The notes beneath the pieces are model-generated. The model was not told the DNA's origin and did not search any database. It worked only from the letters and a program-made list of their open reading frames with translations. DNA of 64,000 nt from Dipteris shenzhenensis (Eukaryota). Position numbers and translations under genes: made by a program. Shown in pieces: positions 37,101-48,498 of the stretch; within the stretch, counting starts at the first letter, position 1; every line of letters begins with the position of its first letter. Location of the stretch: NCBI GenBank assembly GCA_047967505.1, contig CM106538.1. One strand, 5' to 3'.

Positions 37101-39648
37101 TTCTGCTGAAGTCATCAATAAATGTGACAAAATAGTGACAGCCTCCAATAGATGCAGCTTTTGTAGTCCACACATCAGAGTGGATTAATTCCAATGGCTT
37201 TTTACTCTCTTGAACATGCCTAGGAAAAGGTTTCCTTACTTGTTTCCCAAATTAACAGGCTTCACAAACCTTGTGCATTTTTGCAACCTTGAATTTAGGC
37301 AATCCTGCAACAATATTTTGGGCTTGCATTGATTTAAGTCACTGTATATTAACATGACCAATGCGTTTGTGCCAGATATCAATATCTGCAACTACACCGG
37401 TCCCATGTGCAAACATTGCTGCACTCAATTCAGGCATGTCCGCATCCAACGTAAACATCCTGCCCTTCTTCTTTCCTTTTGCTATCAAGCGACCATTTTT
37501 TTTCATATCCTCAACAAAGCATCCATGAGGATTAAATCTGACCTGCAAGCCTTGCTCAACCATCTGACCAATAGAAACCAGGTTCTTGGTGATGTTCGGG
37601 ACATGAAATACATCAGACAAGTATTTCTTTTTCCCATCCTGCATAGACAAAGGAATTTTGCCAATCTGCACAATAGGATGTGCAGTATCATCACCAGTCT
37701 CCACAAATCCTGGTTTTTCCATTTTCCTTGCATCTTGCATCCATTCTGCATGACCTGTCATGTGGTTTGACACACCTGAGTCAACATACCACACATCATT
37801 TCGTTCTTCTGCACTTGTCACAGAATTGGTCATATGCTGCACCATAACCCTGCCTACTAGAAGATGCATAATTGCCTTGCTGCAATTTTCCAGTCATAAT
37901 GTCATTCTACTTTTGATAGTAGTCCTTAGCCATATGACCCATTTTGCCACAATAGTAGCATTCAACATTGCTGTTTGCATTTTGGCCTCTCTTTAATCCA
38001 CCACGGCCTCTTTGGATCCCCCTGCCTCAAGAGTTACCACGTCCTCCTGCATAGGACTGGTTTTCTTGCGTTTGCTGCATATTCTGATTTCTACCACGGC
38101 CTGCAGATCGGCCTCCTCTACCTCTGCCTCTACCTCTGCCAGCATTTGAGTAGAAGACAGTTTCTTTTGAAGTTCTTGCTGAAGGAGATGCACCCCCATT
38201 TCTCTGCTCTTCAGAAATTAGAAGAGCAATCAACTCCTCAAAATCTGGAAATTTTTCACGGACGGAAATGGATGTCCGAAATTGTGCATAATCCTTTCCT
38301 AGACCATTCAAGGTCACAGAAACCAAATCGTCATCATCCACTGGCGACCCAATGGAAGCAAGTGCATCCGCAATTTTCTTCACCTTCATGTGGTAGTCAT
38401 TGATGCTCATGTTTTCTCTCTGCACATTGTGCAGCTCCTGCTTGAGCTGCATTTTCCTGGCTTGCATATTTGTGCTGTACATTTTTGCCAAAGTATCCCA
38501 TGCCTTCTTTGGCGTACTTGCATCCTGAATATGCACAATCATGGAGTTTGAAATACTGATAGACAGCCAGTACATAACTTTCCTGGCTCTCTTATGCCAT
38601 CCTTTGAATGCTTGCATTTCCTGTTGACTGGGAACATTAGGAAGAACAGGTTCTTCTTCATTTCCTGTAATGGATCCCAATAGCCTTTTCCCATCAAGAA
38701 ATTTGTCATTCTAAACTTCCATGCCTGGAAGTTGTACTTGTCAAGCTTTTCAGTGACAATCTATGAAAGAGAATCAGATGCCATTACAGAACACTGCAAA
38801 ATATTCTGTCACTGCAAAAAACACAGCTTTTGCCTCACACGGGCAGAACTGCAAAACTGACGAAAGTGGTATTTCACCACACAGTCACTTCCTAGTGACG
38901 ATTTTGCATCAACAGGCTACAAGCATGAATCTGCAACTCCCAATATCTCTGCACAAAGGCATACGATGCAATTTTGGCGGCAACTTTTCACCGACCCGCA
39001 GAACAATGGTCGCACAGCAAAAATAGGGCCTTTTTCTGAGTGCCTACGAAGAACTTCCGTCTCCAAAACGGGCCCCAAAATGACCTCAAATCAGAGCAGC
39101 ATATACTGCGCTCTCGCCACAGTGCGAAGGGTGTCTCAATCTGAGACAGTGCACTCTTGCACTTCTGGCTGTGCTACCTGCAGAGATTTGCTCCCAAACT
39201 CGAAATAGGAAAGCAACACTGGTCCTCTTACCAGGACACCACGAACTTGGCTTGCTTTCTTGAGCTCCTTACCACGAACAAGGTTCTGATACCATGTGAA
39301 GATAGTGGGAGAGAGGGAAGGAGTCTCACTTGCGGCTTTCTCACATGAACAATTGGGGGAATACACACAAAGGTGGAGGCTGAAAAAAGTTTTCCTCTTC
39401 TTAGTTGTGAAAGCCAAAAGAACTCTAGTACAAAGAAAATAGAAGAACCCTATATATGGGTCTCAAACCAAACTCAACTAACTAAGGCGGCATACTAACT
39501 GAGCCACAAACTAGAGTAGATAAGGATAGCTGTCATCCAGCTATTATTCGTGGGCGGTGTACCAACCGCATCTCTAGCTAACAAGTCGGTGACATAAATG
39601 CACAACAGTCACCCTGGCATATCGCGAGTGGAGCTCGATATCTCAATA
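34139..39648 (-). mobile_element. Full-length Ty1/copia element (D), TSD GAATG
   Basis: 354-bp LTRs at 34139-34492 and 39295-39648 (about 9 differences by eye); PBS antisense ending at 39294; PPT antisense ctccccctc at 34493; GAATG at 34134-34138 and 39649-39653. Confidence 0.98.
34453..38785 (-). pseudogene. D gag-pol; RT-RNaseH open (34453-36012 and upstream linker), gag/PR/INT disrupted
   Basis: IYVDDL, YTDADWAG, ADIFTKAL, HSDVW, RSDGGGEY and WYVDSG; stops and frameshifts upstream of 36330. Confidence 0.95.
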
Positions 39649-41399
39649 GAATGCTCATTGTGCATCTTGGTCTAGCAAGGAGCAAGCCACTATGGCATTA
39701 TCTATAATAGAAGATGAGGCCATCTTGAATGCATTGCACCACCACAACATGAACACATGGATTGCAACATGGTACGAAAAATTTCAAATCTTGCCTATCT
39801 ATTGATGATTTTTTTCCTTGATCCCCAGTTGATTAACTGTTCACCCCTGGTGGCTGAGTTTGTTGCATGTGAGATCATTGAAAAAGAGGCACTCTCTTAC
39901 AGCTAGTGGGCTACTATGTGTAGTATGGAAATAAATAAAAAGAGACATTGAAATAACTAACCCAAACCGATACACCAAATAGGAAAACTACATGAAGATA
40001 GACAATGAGCTCTCAAGCAAAAAGAAATAGAAAATCAAAGAAATTCAAATGCCAAATGTATCATAAAGGTAATCTTCTAGTTACAAGTGTCTTGTGGGGC
40101 TGCATAGCCTCTCAATAATTCCCTTAGACCTCAACTCAGACTCACTTTCCCTCTGCCTTGATTGAATTGGAAGCATTGTGATCCCTTGAGCCAATCTATA
40201 CCTTATAACTTAGGGTTACTTGAGTCTCTCAAGTCTCTAAAGTCTATCTATGGTATGACAATAGTCTATTGCTACTTTTGATTTTAGATCTAAATAGGAG
40301 CCTTGTCGGAGCTCACTGACTTCGAAGTCTATCCTACCTAACTTGGTGAACCATGTTCCACCATTGGTCATTATTGATGGATTCTTGCTTCCTTTCAAAA
40401 TCTATGGAGTTGTTTTCGGTAAGAATGCTTGAATCTCTATCACTTTCATGCTATCTGCCTTATGAGCTCACAAAGACAAGTTCTACATTGGTGAGTCTAC
40501 CACCCCCAAGTCTGTTGTTAACCAATATTTAACATTCATCTCAAATATCTTTTAGTTGTGCCCTCATAGCTCATCCCAATCAATTTGTTCTAGCTACTAC
40601 TCAGAAAATAAGTACCTCTGATAGTACGCCTCTAGCTAGAAGAATGTTGTTGGAATTTCCTTAGAGGGGTTCAAGAGTTGTGATGCATGTATGATGTTGT
40701 GTTTGTATATATGCATGAGGAGCATATTCTCATGATGTTGTTTACTCCATGAATATTATGGTTGACATTTATTTGTTGCAATGTATGAATCATGATGTAG
40801 TTTTTGTTGATTATACACCAATTTCTGACTTATTACTTAAGTGGCATTTAGTCATGATATTTATATATTTATTTCATGCACACAATTTTATGATATGAAT
40901 GTGTGATGATGTGATTATTAGGAAATATAACCTTCTATGATGAGAATTTTGATATAAATATGTGATGATGTAATATTTGTAATATATTTCATGGCAAAGT
41001 ATCAATTCCCAATGCTCCACTCAAAGTATAGCATTCCCAATGCTCTGCAAAATTTTATTCAGTTGGACAGTCTCCACTCACTTAAAGTAGAGCATTTCCA
41101 ATGCTTCTCTCACTTTATTCCAACCCTTATCCTTATCATAGCGAACACATCGTGCCTTAGTGCACTTGTAATCTTCCATCGTAGTCTCTCCACAAACACT
41201 CTCTTATTTCTTACATCCTAGTCCTTCTGATTACACTTTATGTCTTCCCTCACTTTCTATCACTCTTGAAGGAGGGGCAGTTCACTGTGCATCCCTCGCT
41301 ATCACTCCCTCACTCTCCTTCTCCCACTTTCCCTCTAAGACAATGACTACTTACTACCCGACTTCATTTACTAAACTCAAATTCTATCTTAGATCTCTT

Positions 41400-41799
41400 T
41401 TGTATGGACCAATGAAGGGAAAATCATTTGAGGAGGATATGTTACGCACATGGCTGCTTGATTTGAACTCAGCAGAAGAGGTGAATATCCTTAGCTTTCT
41501 TTTTCTCTTCTTTTAATCACGTACTTCTTATGCAAACGAGTTAAATTTTTGTACAGGATATGGCGGTGGCTAGAAGCTGTATTGAAAAAAATGGTGAAGA
41601 TGAGGAAAGCCAAGAGAGAAAAGAAGAGTTGTTGAATGCTTACAAGTCGGCAGAAGATTCGAAACAAGTTGTGAGGAGAGTCTGTGAGGAGATTTGTGAT
41701 GCCAGCCCTGGTTACGCATGGCCTACAAGTTTAAAGTCTACTTGTTTTCATGAAGCCAATGCCATAGTAGGCACTTTCGAGGACATATGCTCTCTCTAA
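41400..41799 (+). other. Possible two-exon gene fragment of unknown identity
   Basis: gaagag|GTgaat...ttttgtacAG intron-like segment (~41481-41557) precedes ORF 41560-41799. No recognisable domain. Confidence 0.3.
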
Positions 41800-44196
41800 T
41801 GACTTAATAATCAAGTGATGTAAATTTAATTCCATAGAAATTCAAAGTAACTGTGAAATTCAATTCCATAGACTTATGTGTTTTCTAAAGTAATTATAAT
41901 AGACAAGAAATAATACAGTTCCACAAAGACTTTTTTGTTCTCTAATGTAAAGTTGTAATAGATAAGAGAGATAAAGATGACATCTTCTAGGCTGAGCTAA
42001 TGGAAGGTGTTTTTTAACACCATATGGCTTTGAGTTATATGACCTACTTCTTGTACAAATGTGTCATGCTTTTTTTTAAATGTACTCTAGTTTTTTTTCT
42101 AATTTGATTTTTTAAAATCTTACTTTTGTCTCTTTTAACAACATGAAATCCTCTTTTTTTAAGGTACTCTAGTTTTAATAACATGTCACGTCATTTTTTC
42201 TAATTTGATTTTTTAAGGTCTTACTTTTTGACTCAAAGTTTTGTTTTATAAGAGCCTCTTTTTTTTAAATGCTTTATCCAAAATTATCTCACAAAATGAA
42301 TTTGGATAGTGCACTAGTCCAAAATTAATGAAATAGGTGTTCTCTGCTTCTGTCTGAAACTGTGAATGCTTGATCATTAGAATGACCTTTACGTGCTTGG
42401 ATTGCATGAGTCCTAAGTTCTTCACCAAGAAGGACTGACTGAAGTTCTTCCAGTGTTGGAATTTGCCATTGAATGGCAATACTCTAGACTAGATTCTCGT
42501 ATCCCTCTCCTAGTCCATTCAGAATGACTTGAACCATTTTTGTGGGGTTCATAGTCTCTCCTACTGCTGTAAGTTGATTGTTGTAGTCTTTGATGCAGAG
42601 TACATAAGCATGACCGGTTTCACTGCTGTTGTAAAAACTCTGGTTGATCTAGTTTCTCAGGGTGAGAATCCTGGATGTGTTCTTGGACTCGTAGAGAGCT
42701 ACAAACATATCCCATGCTTCTTTTGATGTCTTGAATGTGTTGAGTTGTCCTAGCATGACATCTTGCACATTCTGCTTGATCAGGTGATAGGCATACTTGT
42801 CTTTCTTATCCCATTCCACTTGAGCTTGGGCAATGGCAGGATCTACTACTGGTGCAGAAACTGTTTGTGTAGATGTAGATCTTGTTGTAGATTCTATTAC
42901 TGGTGCTATGACAATAGATGGAGTAGAGCTACTGGTGGCTAGATCAGCCAATGGTCTAGGTGCAGACCCATCGACATACTCCCATTTGTCTTGAAGCACA
43001 AGAATGGTCTCCATTTAGTATTTCCATGTACCGTAATTGGAGTTGTCTAACTTAGCAGATGCCTCGAGATTGAGGTTCCTAGTCGACATGGTGCAAGAAA
43101 TGTACTCAAAAATGTCGTGAAGATCTCTGTATGAATCAACTACAAATACACTGAATATGCCAAGTGAAATCTTCAAACCGTCGGTGAAGATAGAACTGCA
43201 GTATATAAAATCTGATCTGTATTACAAGGCTTGTGGCAATGATGCCTGTTGAGATATCAAGCTCTACCCTCGATATATCTCCTGGGTGACTATCATTTAT
43301 GTCACCGCCTATGTTAGTTGTACTCGTGGTGTAGTTAGACTACCACGTATGTTTTTAGTTTGGGTTCACATATGAACCACGTATTCTAGGGTTTGACATA
43401 TAGGGTATTTCCCTCTTCTATTGTATTGTTGTTGTGTGCAAAAAGTGAAGAAAGGCTTCACCCTCCAACCTTGTGTCCTCTCTCTTTTGTGTGTTGTGAA
43501 GAAAGCTGAACTTGAGTCTCCTATCTCTCTCCCTCATTCTTTACATGGTATCAGAGCCTTGTTCGTGGTAAGGAGCTCAAGAAAGCAAGCCAAGTTTGTG
43601 GTGTCCTGGTAAGAGGACCAGTGTTGCTTTCCTATTTCGAGTTTGGGAGCAAATCTCTGCAGGTAGCACAGCCAAAAGTGCAGGAGTGCACTGTCTCAGA
43701 TTGAGAGGCCCTTCGCGGTGTGGCGAGAGCGCAGTATATGCTACGGGCAAGGGCAAAGCCCTTGGTGACTTTATTTTTTTGATTTGAGGCCGTTTCGGGG
43801 CCCGTTTTGAAGGCGCAAGTTCTTCGCAGGCACTCAGAAAAAGGCCCTGTTTTTCGCTGTGCGACCACTGCGTGCGGCTAGTCGGTGAAAAGTGCCACAG
43901 AAATTGCATCGTATGCCTGTGTGCAGAGATATTGGGAGTTGCAGATTCATGCCTGTTGCCTGTTGATGCAAAATCGTCACTAGGAAGTGACTGTGTGGTG
44001 AAATACCACTTTCGTCAGTGTTGCAGATCTGCCCCTGTGAGGTTTTTTGCAGAAGTTTTGCTATTTGCCCTTGTGAGGCATTTGCTGTGTTTATAGGTTG
44101 CTGTTGCAATTCGTGATTTGTAAAATGTCTGAGAATCTGTCTACCATTGTCAGTGAGAAGCTTAACAAGAACAACTTCTAAGCATGGAAGTTCAGG

Positions 44197-46617
44197 ATGA
44201 CAAACTTCCTTATGGGAAAGGGAGTTTGGGATTACATCAGTGGTGAAACTGCAGAACCAGTTTTGGGTACTGCTCCCACTCCTGCTGAATTGAAGGCCTT
44301 TAAAGAATGGCATGAAAAAGCCAGAAAATGCCTGTATTGGCTGTCCGTTAGCATTTCAGATGCTATGATTGTGCATATACAGGATGTAGAGATGCCTAAG
44401 GAGGCATGGGATACATTGGTGAAGCTGTATAGCACAAATACCAAAGCACGAAAGATGCAGCTAAAGCAGGAGTTGCACAATGTGCAAAGGAAAAATCTGA
44501 ATATAAATGAGTATTCCTTGAAGGTGAAAGGCCTTGCAGATTCTCTTGCCTCCATTGGAGCACCTGTTGATGATGAGGACTTAGTGTCCGTGACCTTGAA
44601 TGGTCTTGGGAAGGATTATGCACAGTTTCGGACATCCATTGGAGTCCGTGAAACATTTCCTGATTTTCAGGAACTTATCGCTCTCTTGCTGAGTGAAGAG
44701 CAAAGGAATGGTGGTTCAGCCACCTCAACTTCTCAAGAGACTGCTTTCTACTCGAATACTACTTTCTACTCGAATACAGGTAGAGGCAGGGGTAGAGGAA
44801 GAGGCCGTTTTGGTGGCCATGCAGGAAATCAGAATCAGCAGCAACAACAAGAAAACCAGTCCTATGGAGGAGGACGTGGTAGTTCTAGAGGCAGGGGGAG
44901 CCAAAGAGGCCGTGGTTCATGGCAAAGGAACCAGCAAGTAAATAGCAGCACAGAATGCTATTATTGTGGAAAGCCTGGACACAAGGAGAATACATGCTAT
45001 AAAAAGCAGAATGACATCAAAAGTGGGAAGTTGCAGCAAAGCAACTATGCATCATCAAGTGGGAATGGTGACGACAGAAATGAGCACCTTTTTGTGATGC
45101 AGCATATGGTTAACTCCATGTCAGGAGATGCTGCAGCTTGCAATGATGTTTGGTATGTTGATTCAGGTGCCTCTAACCACATGACCAGTCATGGTGAGTG
45201 GTTTCATGATGTTAGAAATTTGAATAAGCCAGGTTATGTTGACACAGGTGATGATACTGCACACCCAATTACGCAGGTTGGTAAAGTGCCATTGGCTATG
45301 CAGGATGGCAAAACGAAGTACTTGGCAGATGTACTTCATGTTCCAAAAATCACTAAGAACCTGGTTTCAGTTGTCCAGATGGTTGAGCAAGGTCTGCAGG
45401 TTAGATTTAATCTTGATGGATGCTTTGTTGAGGACTTGAAAAATAAGTGCTGTTTGGTTGCGAAAGGCAACAAAAATGGCAGAATGTTCACCTTGGATGT
45501 TGATATGCCTGAGGTGAAAGCTGCTATGTTTGCGCATGGGAGAGGTGTCATTGCAGATATTGAGATATGGCACAAGCGCATTGGGCACGTGAATATACAA
45601 AGGCTGAAATCTATGCAAACGAAAAACATTGTTGCAGGTTTGCCTAAATTCAGAGTTGAGGGAATGCAAAAGGTATGTGAAGCATGCCAAATGGGTAAGC
45701 AGGCCAGACATGCATTTCCCAAAAATGCTAAGGTGAGCAGAAGACCTTTGGAAGTGATCCATTCAGATGTTTGGACAACCAAAACTACTTCTATTGGTGG
45801 ATGCCATTATTATGTGACGTTTATTGATGACTACACTAGGAAGGTGTGGATCTATTTTATGAAGCACAAAAGTGAAGTGTTCAGCCATTTCAAGGCTTTT
45901 AAGGCCATGGTTGAAAAAGAGAAAGGTGTGCATATTAAAGTGCTAAGATCTGATGGAGGGGGAGAGTACTTTTCAGAAGAATTTTGTGAATATCTGAAAG
46001 AACAGGGAATTCAAAGGAAGTACTCATGCAGGTCTACCCCTCAGCAGAATGGGGTTGCAGAAAGGAAGAACAGGCATATTGCAGAAGTAGGACGGGCGAT
46101 CCTAAATGAGAAAAACATGCCTGATTATTTTTGGGCTGAAGCAGTAGCAACTGCTGTTTATATTATGAACAGAACCCCCACTGCAGCTGTCCATGGCATG
46201 ACGCCTGAAGAAATGTATACAGGCCAAAAACCAGATATTTCTCACTTGAAGGTATTTGGTTGCATAGCTTATGTTCATGTTCCTGATGAGAAGAGAACAA
46301 AGCTGGATCCAAAGGCAGAAAAATGCATCTTTATTGGATATGCTCTGCACCAGAAAGGGTATCGCTGTTATAACCCTTCCACCCGCAAAATGCAAGTGAG
46401 CAGAGATGTTGTTTTTGATGAAATGAGCAGCTGGTATGCACCAACTGTTATGGTAGGAGATGCAGATGCAGGAAATGGGAATGCTGCAATAAATCCAGAG
46501 CAGCAATCTCAAGCCTTGAGTGGACCCAGAGAGTCCTCTACTAGTGGATCTAATGCATGGACAGGGAGATTGAGATCTAGTGAGTCGTCACATGGCAGTC
46601 CTGATAGTGTTGTGTAG
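44197..46617 (+). CDS. Element B Gag-protease-integrase ORF (the likely original ATG at 44125 is cut off by TAA at 44179-44181)
   Basis: 806 aa: CYYCGKPGHKENTC, WYVDSGASNHMT, WHKRIGH...CEAC, HSDVW, RSDGGGEY and AERKNR. Confidence 0.9.
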   Translation: MTNFLMGKGVWDYISGETAEPVLGTAPTPAELKAFKEWHEKARKCLYWLSVSISDAMIVHIQDVEMPKEAWDTLVKLYSTNTKARKMQLKQELHNVQRKNLNINEYSLKVKGLADSLASIGAPVDDEDLVSVTLNGLGKDYAQFRTSIGVRETFPDFQELIALLLSEEQRNGGSATSTSQETAFYSNTTFYSNTGRGRGRGRGRFGGHAGNQNQQQQQENQSYGGGRGSSRGRGSQRGRGSWQRNQQVNSSTECYYCGKPGHKENTCYKKQNDIKSGKLQQSNYASSSGNGDDRNEHLFVMQHMVNSMSGDAAACNDVWYVDSGASNHMTSHGEWFHDVRNLNKPGYVDTGDDTAHPITQVGKVPLAMQDGKTKYLADVLHVPKITKNLVSVVQMVEQGLQVRFNLDGCFVEDLKNKCCLVAKGNKNGRMFTLDVDMPEVKAAMFAHGRGVIADIEIWHKRIGHVNIQRLKSMQTKNIVAGLPKFRVEGMQKVCEACQMGKQARHAFPKNAKVSRRPLEVIHSDVWTTKTTSIGGCHYYVTFIDDYTRKVWIYFMKHKSEVFSHFKAFKAMVEKEKGVHIKVLRSDGGGEYFSEEFCEYLKEQGIQRKYSCRSTPQQNGVAERKNRHIAEVGRAILNEKNMPDYFWAEAVATAVYIMNRTPTAAVHGMTPEEMYTGQKPDISHLKVFGCIAYVHVPDEKRTKLDPKAEKCIFIGYALHQKGYRCYNPSTRKMQVSRDVVFDEMSSWYAPTVMVGDADAGNGNAAINPEQQSQALSGPRESSTSGSNAWTGRLRSSESSHGSPDSVV

Positions 46618-48498
46618 GTATCACATAAGGGAAAAGAAAAAGTGGACCATGCTCCAGTGTTTGATGTGTCTGCTGGTAGCTCTCATGTTGATGGAGAGTC
46701 AAGTGGCTCTGAAATGAGCCTTGATGAGGAACTTGGGATTCCTTCTGTTGTTACACCTGGTGCAAGGAAAAGCAGGCATGATTTAAAGACTCCTGCAACT
46801 GATCCAGTTGTACGGAGGTCCACTCGTATTAAGTATCTAGTTGACAGGCTGAGATATGATGGGTATACATCACATCACTATGCTTATATGGTCAAGGTTC
46901 TAGAGGAGCCAGAGCCCACATGTTTTGAGGATGCAGCAGGGCATAAAAATTGGGAAGCAGCTATGGATGAAGAGATGGCTGCCTTGGATGCAAACCACAC
47001 TTGGGATTTGATGCCTTTGCCTCATGATAAGAAGGCTATTGGCTGCAAGTGGGTTTACAAAGTAAAGCACAATGCTGATGGGTCTGTTAGCAGGTACAAG
47101 GCAAGATTGGTTGCCAAAGGTTTTACGCAGACATATGGAATTGACTATGAGGAAACTTTCAGCCCAGTTGCAAGGATGGCAACCGTGAGAGCAGTAATTG
47201 CTATGGCTGTTGCAAAGGGATGGTCTTTGCATCAGATGGATGTGAAAAATGCCTTCTTGCATGGTGACTTGCAGGAAGAGGTTTATATGATGCAGCCAGA
47301 AGGTTATGAGGATAATGCACACCCCAATTTTGTATGCAGGTTGCGCAAAGCCTTGTATGGCTTAAAACAGGCGCCGAGGGCATGGTCAGACAAGATAGGG
47401 CAATATCTTGTCACTATTGGATTTCAGATTTCCAATTCAGATTTTTCACTTTATGTGAAAAGGACAAACAGAGGGATTGTGCTTGTATTCATCTATGTTG
47501 ATGACTTGATTATTACAGGTGATAGTGATGCAGACATTAATGAAGTGAAGCTATTGTTGAAGGAGAAATTTGAGATGAAGGATTTGGGAGAGCTGCGTTA
47601 CTTCTTGGGCATTGAGGTTATTAGATCCCCGAGTGGGATATGGCTGTTGCAAAGGCAATACGGTTTGGACATGCTGTCCAAATATGGGATGACAGGCTGT
47701 AAGCCTATTTCTGTTCCATTGGAGCAGAATGTGAAGCTCAATGCAGAGACAGGTGAGCTTCTTGAAGATATTACTATGTACAGGCGCATAGTAGGTAGCT
47801 TGATTTACATGACTATAACCAGACCAGATTTGAGCTATGTTGTGGGGCTGGTGAGTCAGTTTATGCAGGCACCGAGGAAGCCACATTTGGATGCGGCTAG
47901 GCGCATACTGCAGTATGTGAAGTCCACATTGCATTATGGACTGTTTTATGAAGCTGGGTGTGCATTACAGGTACATGGATACACAGATGCTGACTGGGCT
48001 GGTAGTGTCTCAGACAGGAGATCTACTAGTGGTTTTATGTTTTCCCTTGGGAGTGCTGCCATCAGTTGGAGCAGCAAGAAGCAGCCAACAGTTGCCTTGT
48101 CAAGCACAGAGGCTGAGTACAGGGGTGCAGCAATGGCTGCATGTGAGGTAGCTTGGTTACGGAAGCTACTTGCAGATATGGGACAGTCAATTCATGCAGC
48201 AGTTGTCATTCATTGTGACAACATTAGCAGCATCATGCTTGCTAATAACCCAGTTTATCATGCTAGAACGAAGCACATTGAGGTGCATTATCACTTTGTG
48301 AGAGAGAAGGTTCTAGCTGGTGAGATTGATCTTGTCTATGTCAGCACTGAGGAGCAGGTGGCTGATATTTTTACAAAGGCATTGGGTACCGAGAAGCTTC
48401 GCAGATTTAGGAGCTTGCTTGGTGTATGTGAGATGGATTTGAGCTTGAGGGGGAGTGTTGAGATATCAAGCTCTACCCCCGATATATCTCCTGGGTGA
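46618..48498 (+). CDS. Element B reverse transcriptase-RNaseH, in frame with the upstream ORF after a single TAG
   Basis: [35 protein letters not shown] and ADIFTKAL; the ORF ends inside the 3' LTR. Confidence 0.9.
   Translation, partial: VSHKGKEKVDHAPVFDVSAGSSHVDGESSGSEMSLDEELGIPSVVTPGARKSRHDLKTPATDPVVRRSTRIKYLVDRLRYDGYTSHHYAYMVKVLEEPEPTCFEDAAGHKNWEAAMDEEMAALDANHTWDLMPLPHDKKAIGCKWVYKVKHNADGSVSRYKARLVAKGFTQTYGIDYEETFSPVARMATVRAVIAMAVAKGWSLHQMDVKNAFLHGDLQEEVYMMQPEGYEDNAHPNFVCRLRKALYGLKQAPRAWSDKIGQYLVTIGFQISNSDFSLYVKRTNRGIVLVFIYVDDLIITGDSDADINEVKLLLKEKFEMKDLGELRYFLGIEVIRSPSGIWLLQRQYGLDMLSKYGMTGCKPISVPLEQNVKLNAETGELLEDITMYRRIVGSLIYMTITRPDLSYVVGLVSQFMQAPRKPHLDAARRILQYVKSTLHYGLFYEAGCALQVHGYTDADWAGSVSDRRSTSGFMFSLGSAAISWSSKKQPTVALSSTEAEYRGAAMAACEVAWLRKLLADMGQSIHAAVVIHCDNISSIMLANNPVYHARTKHIEVHYHFVREKVLAGEIDLVYVSTEEQVADIFTKALGTEKLRRFRSLLGVCEMDLSLRGSVEISSSTPDISPG

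Noticed and set aside
40050-40680. Possible very old gag remnant on the minus strand
   Set aside because: No motif could be read with confidence.
44179-46617. U-to-C RNA editing to repair the TAA/TAG stops in element B
   Set aside because: U-to-C editing is established for organellar transcripts, not nuclear TEs. C>T decay of methylated cytosines explains these stops more simply.
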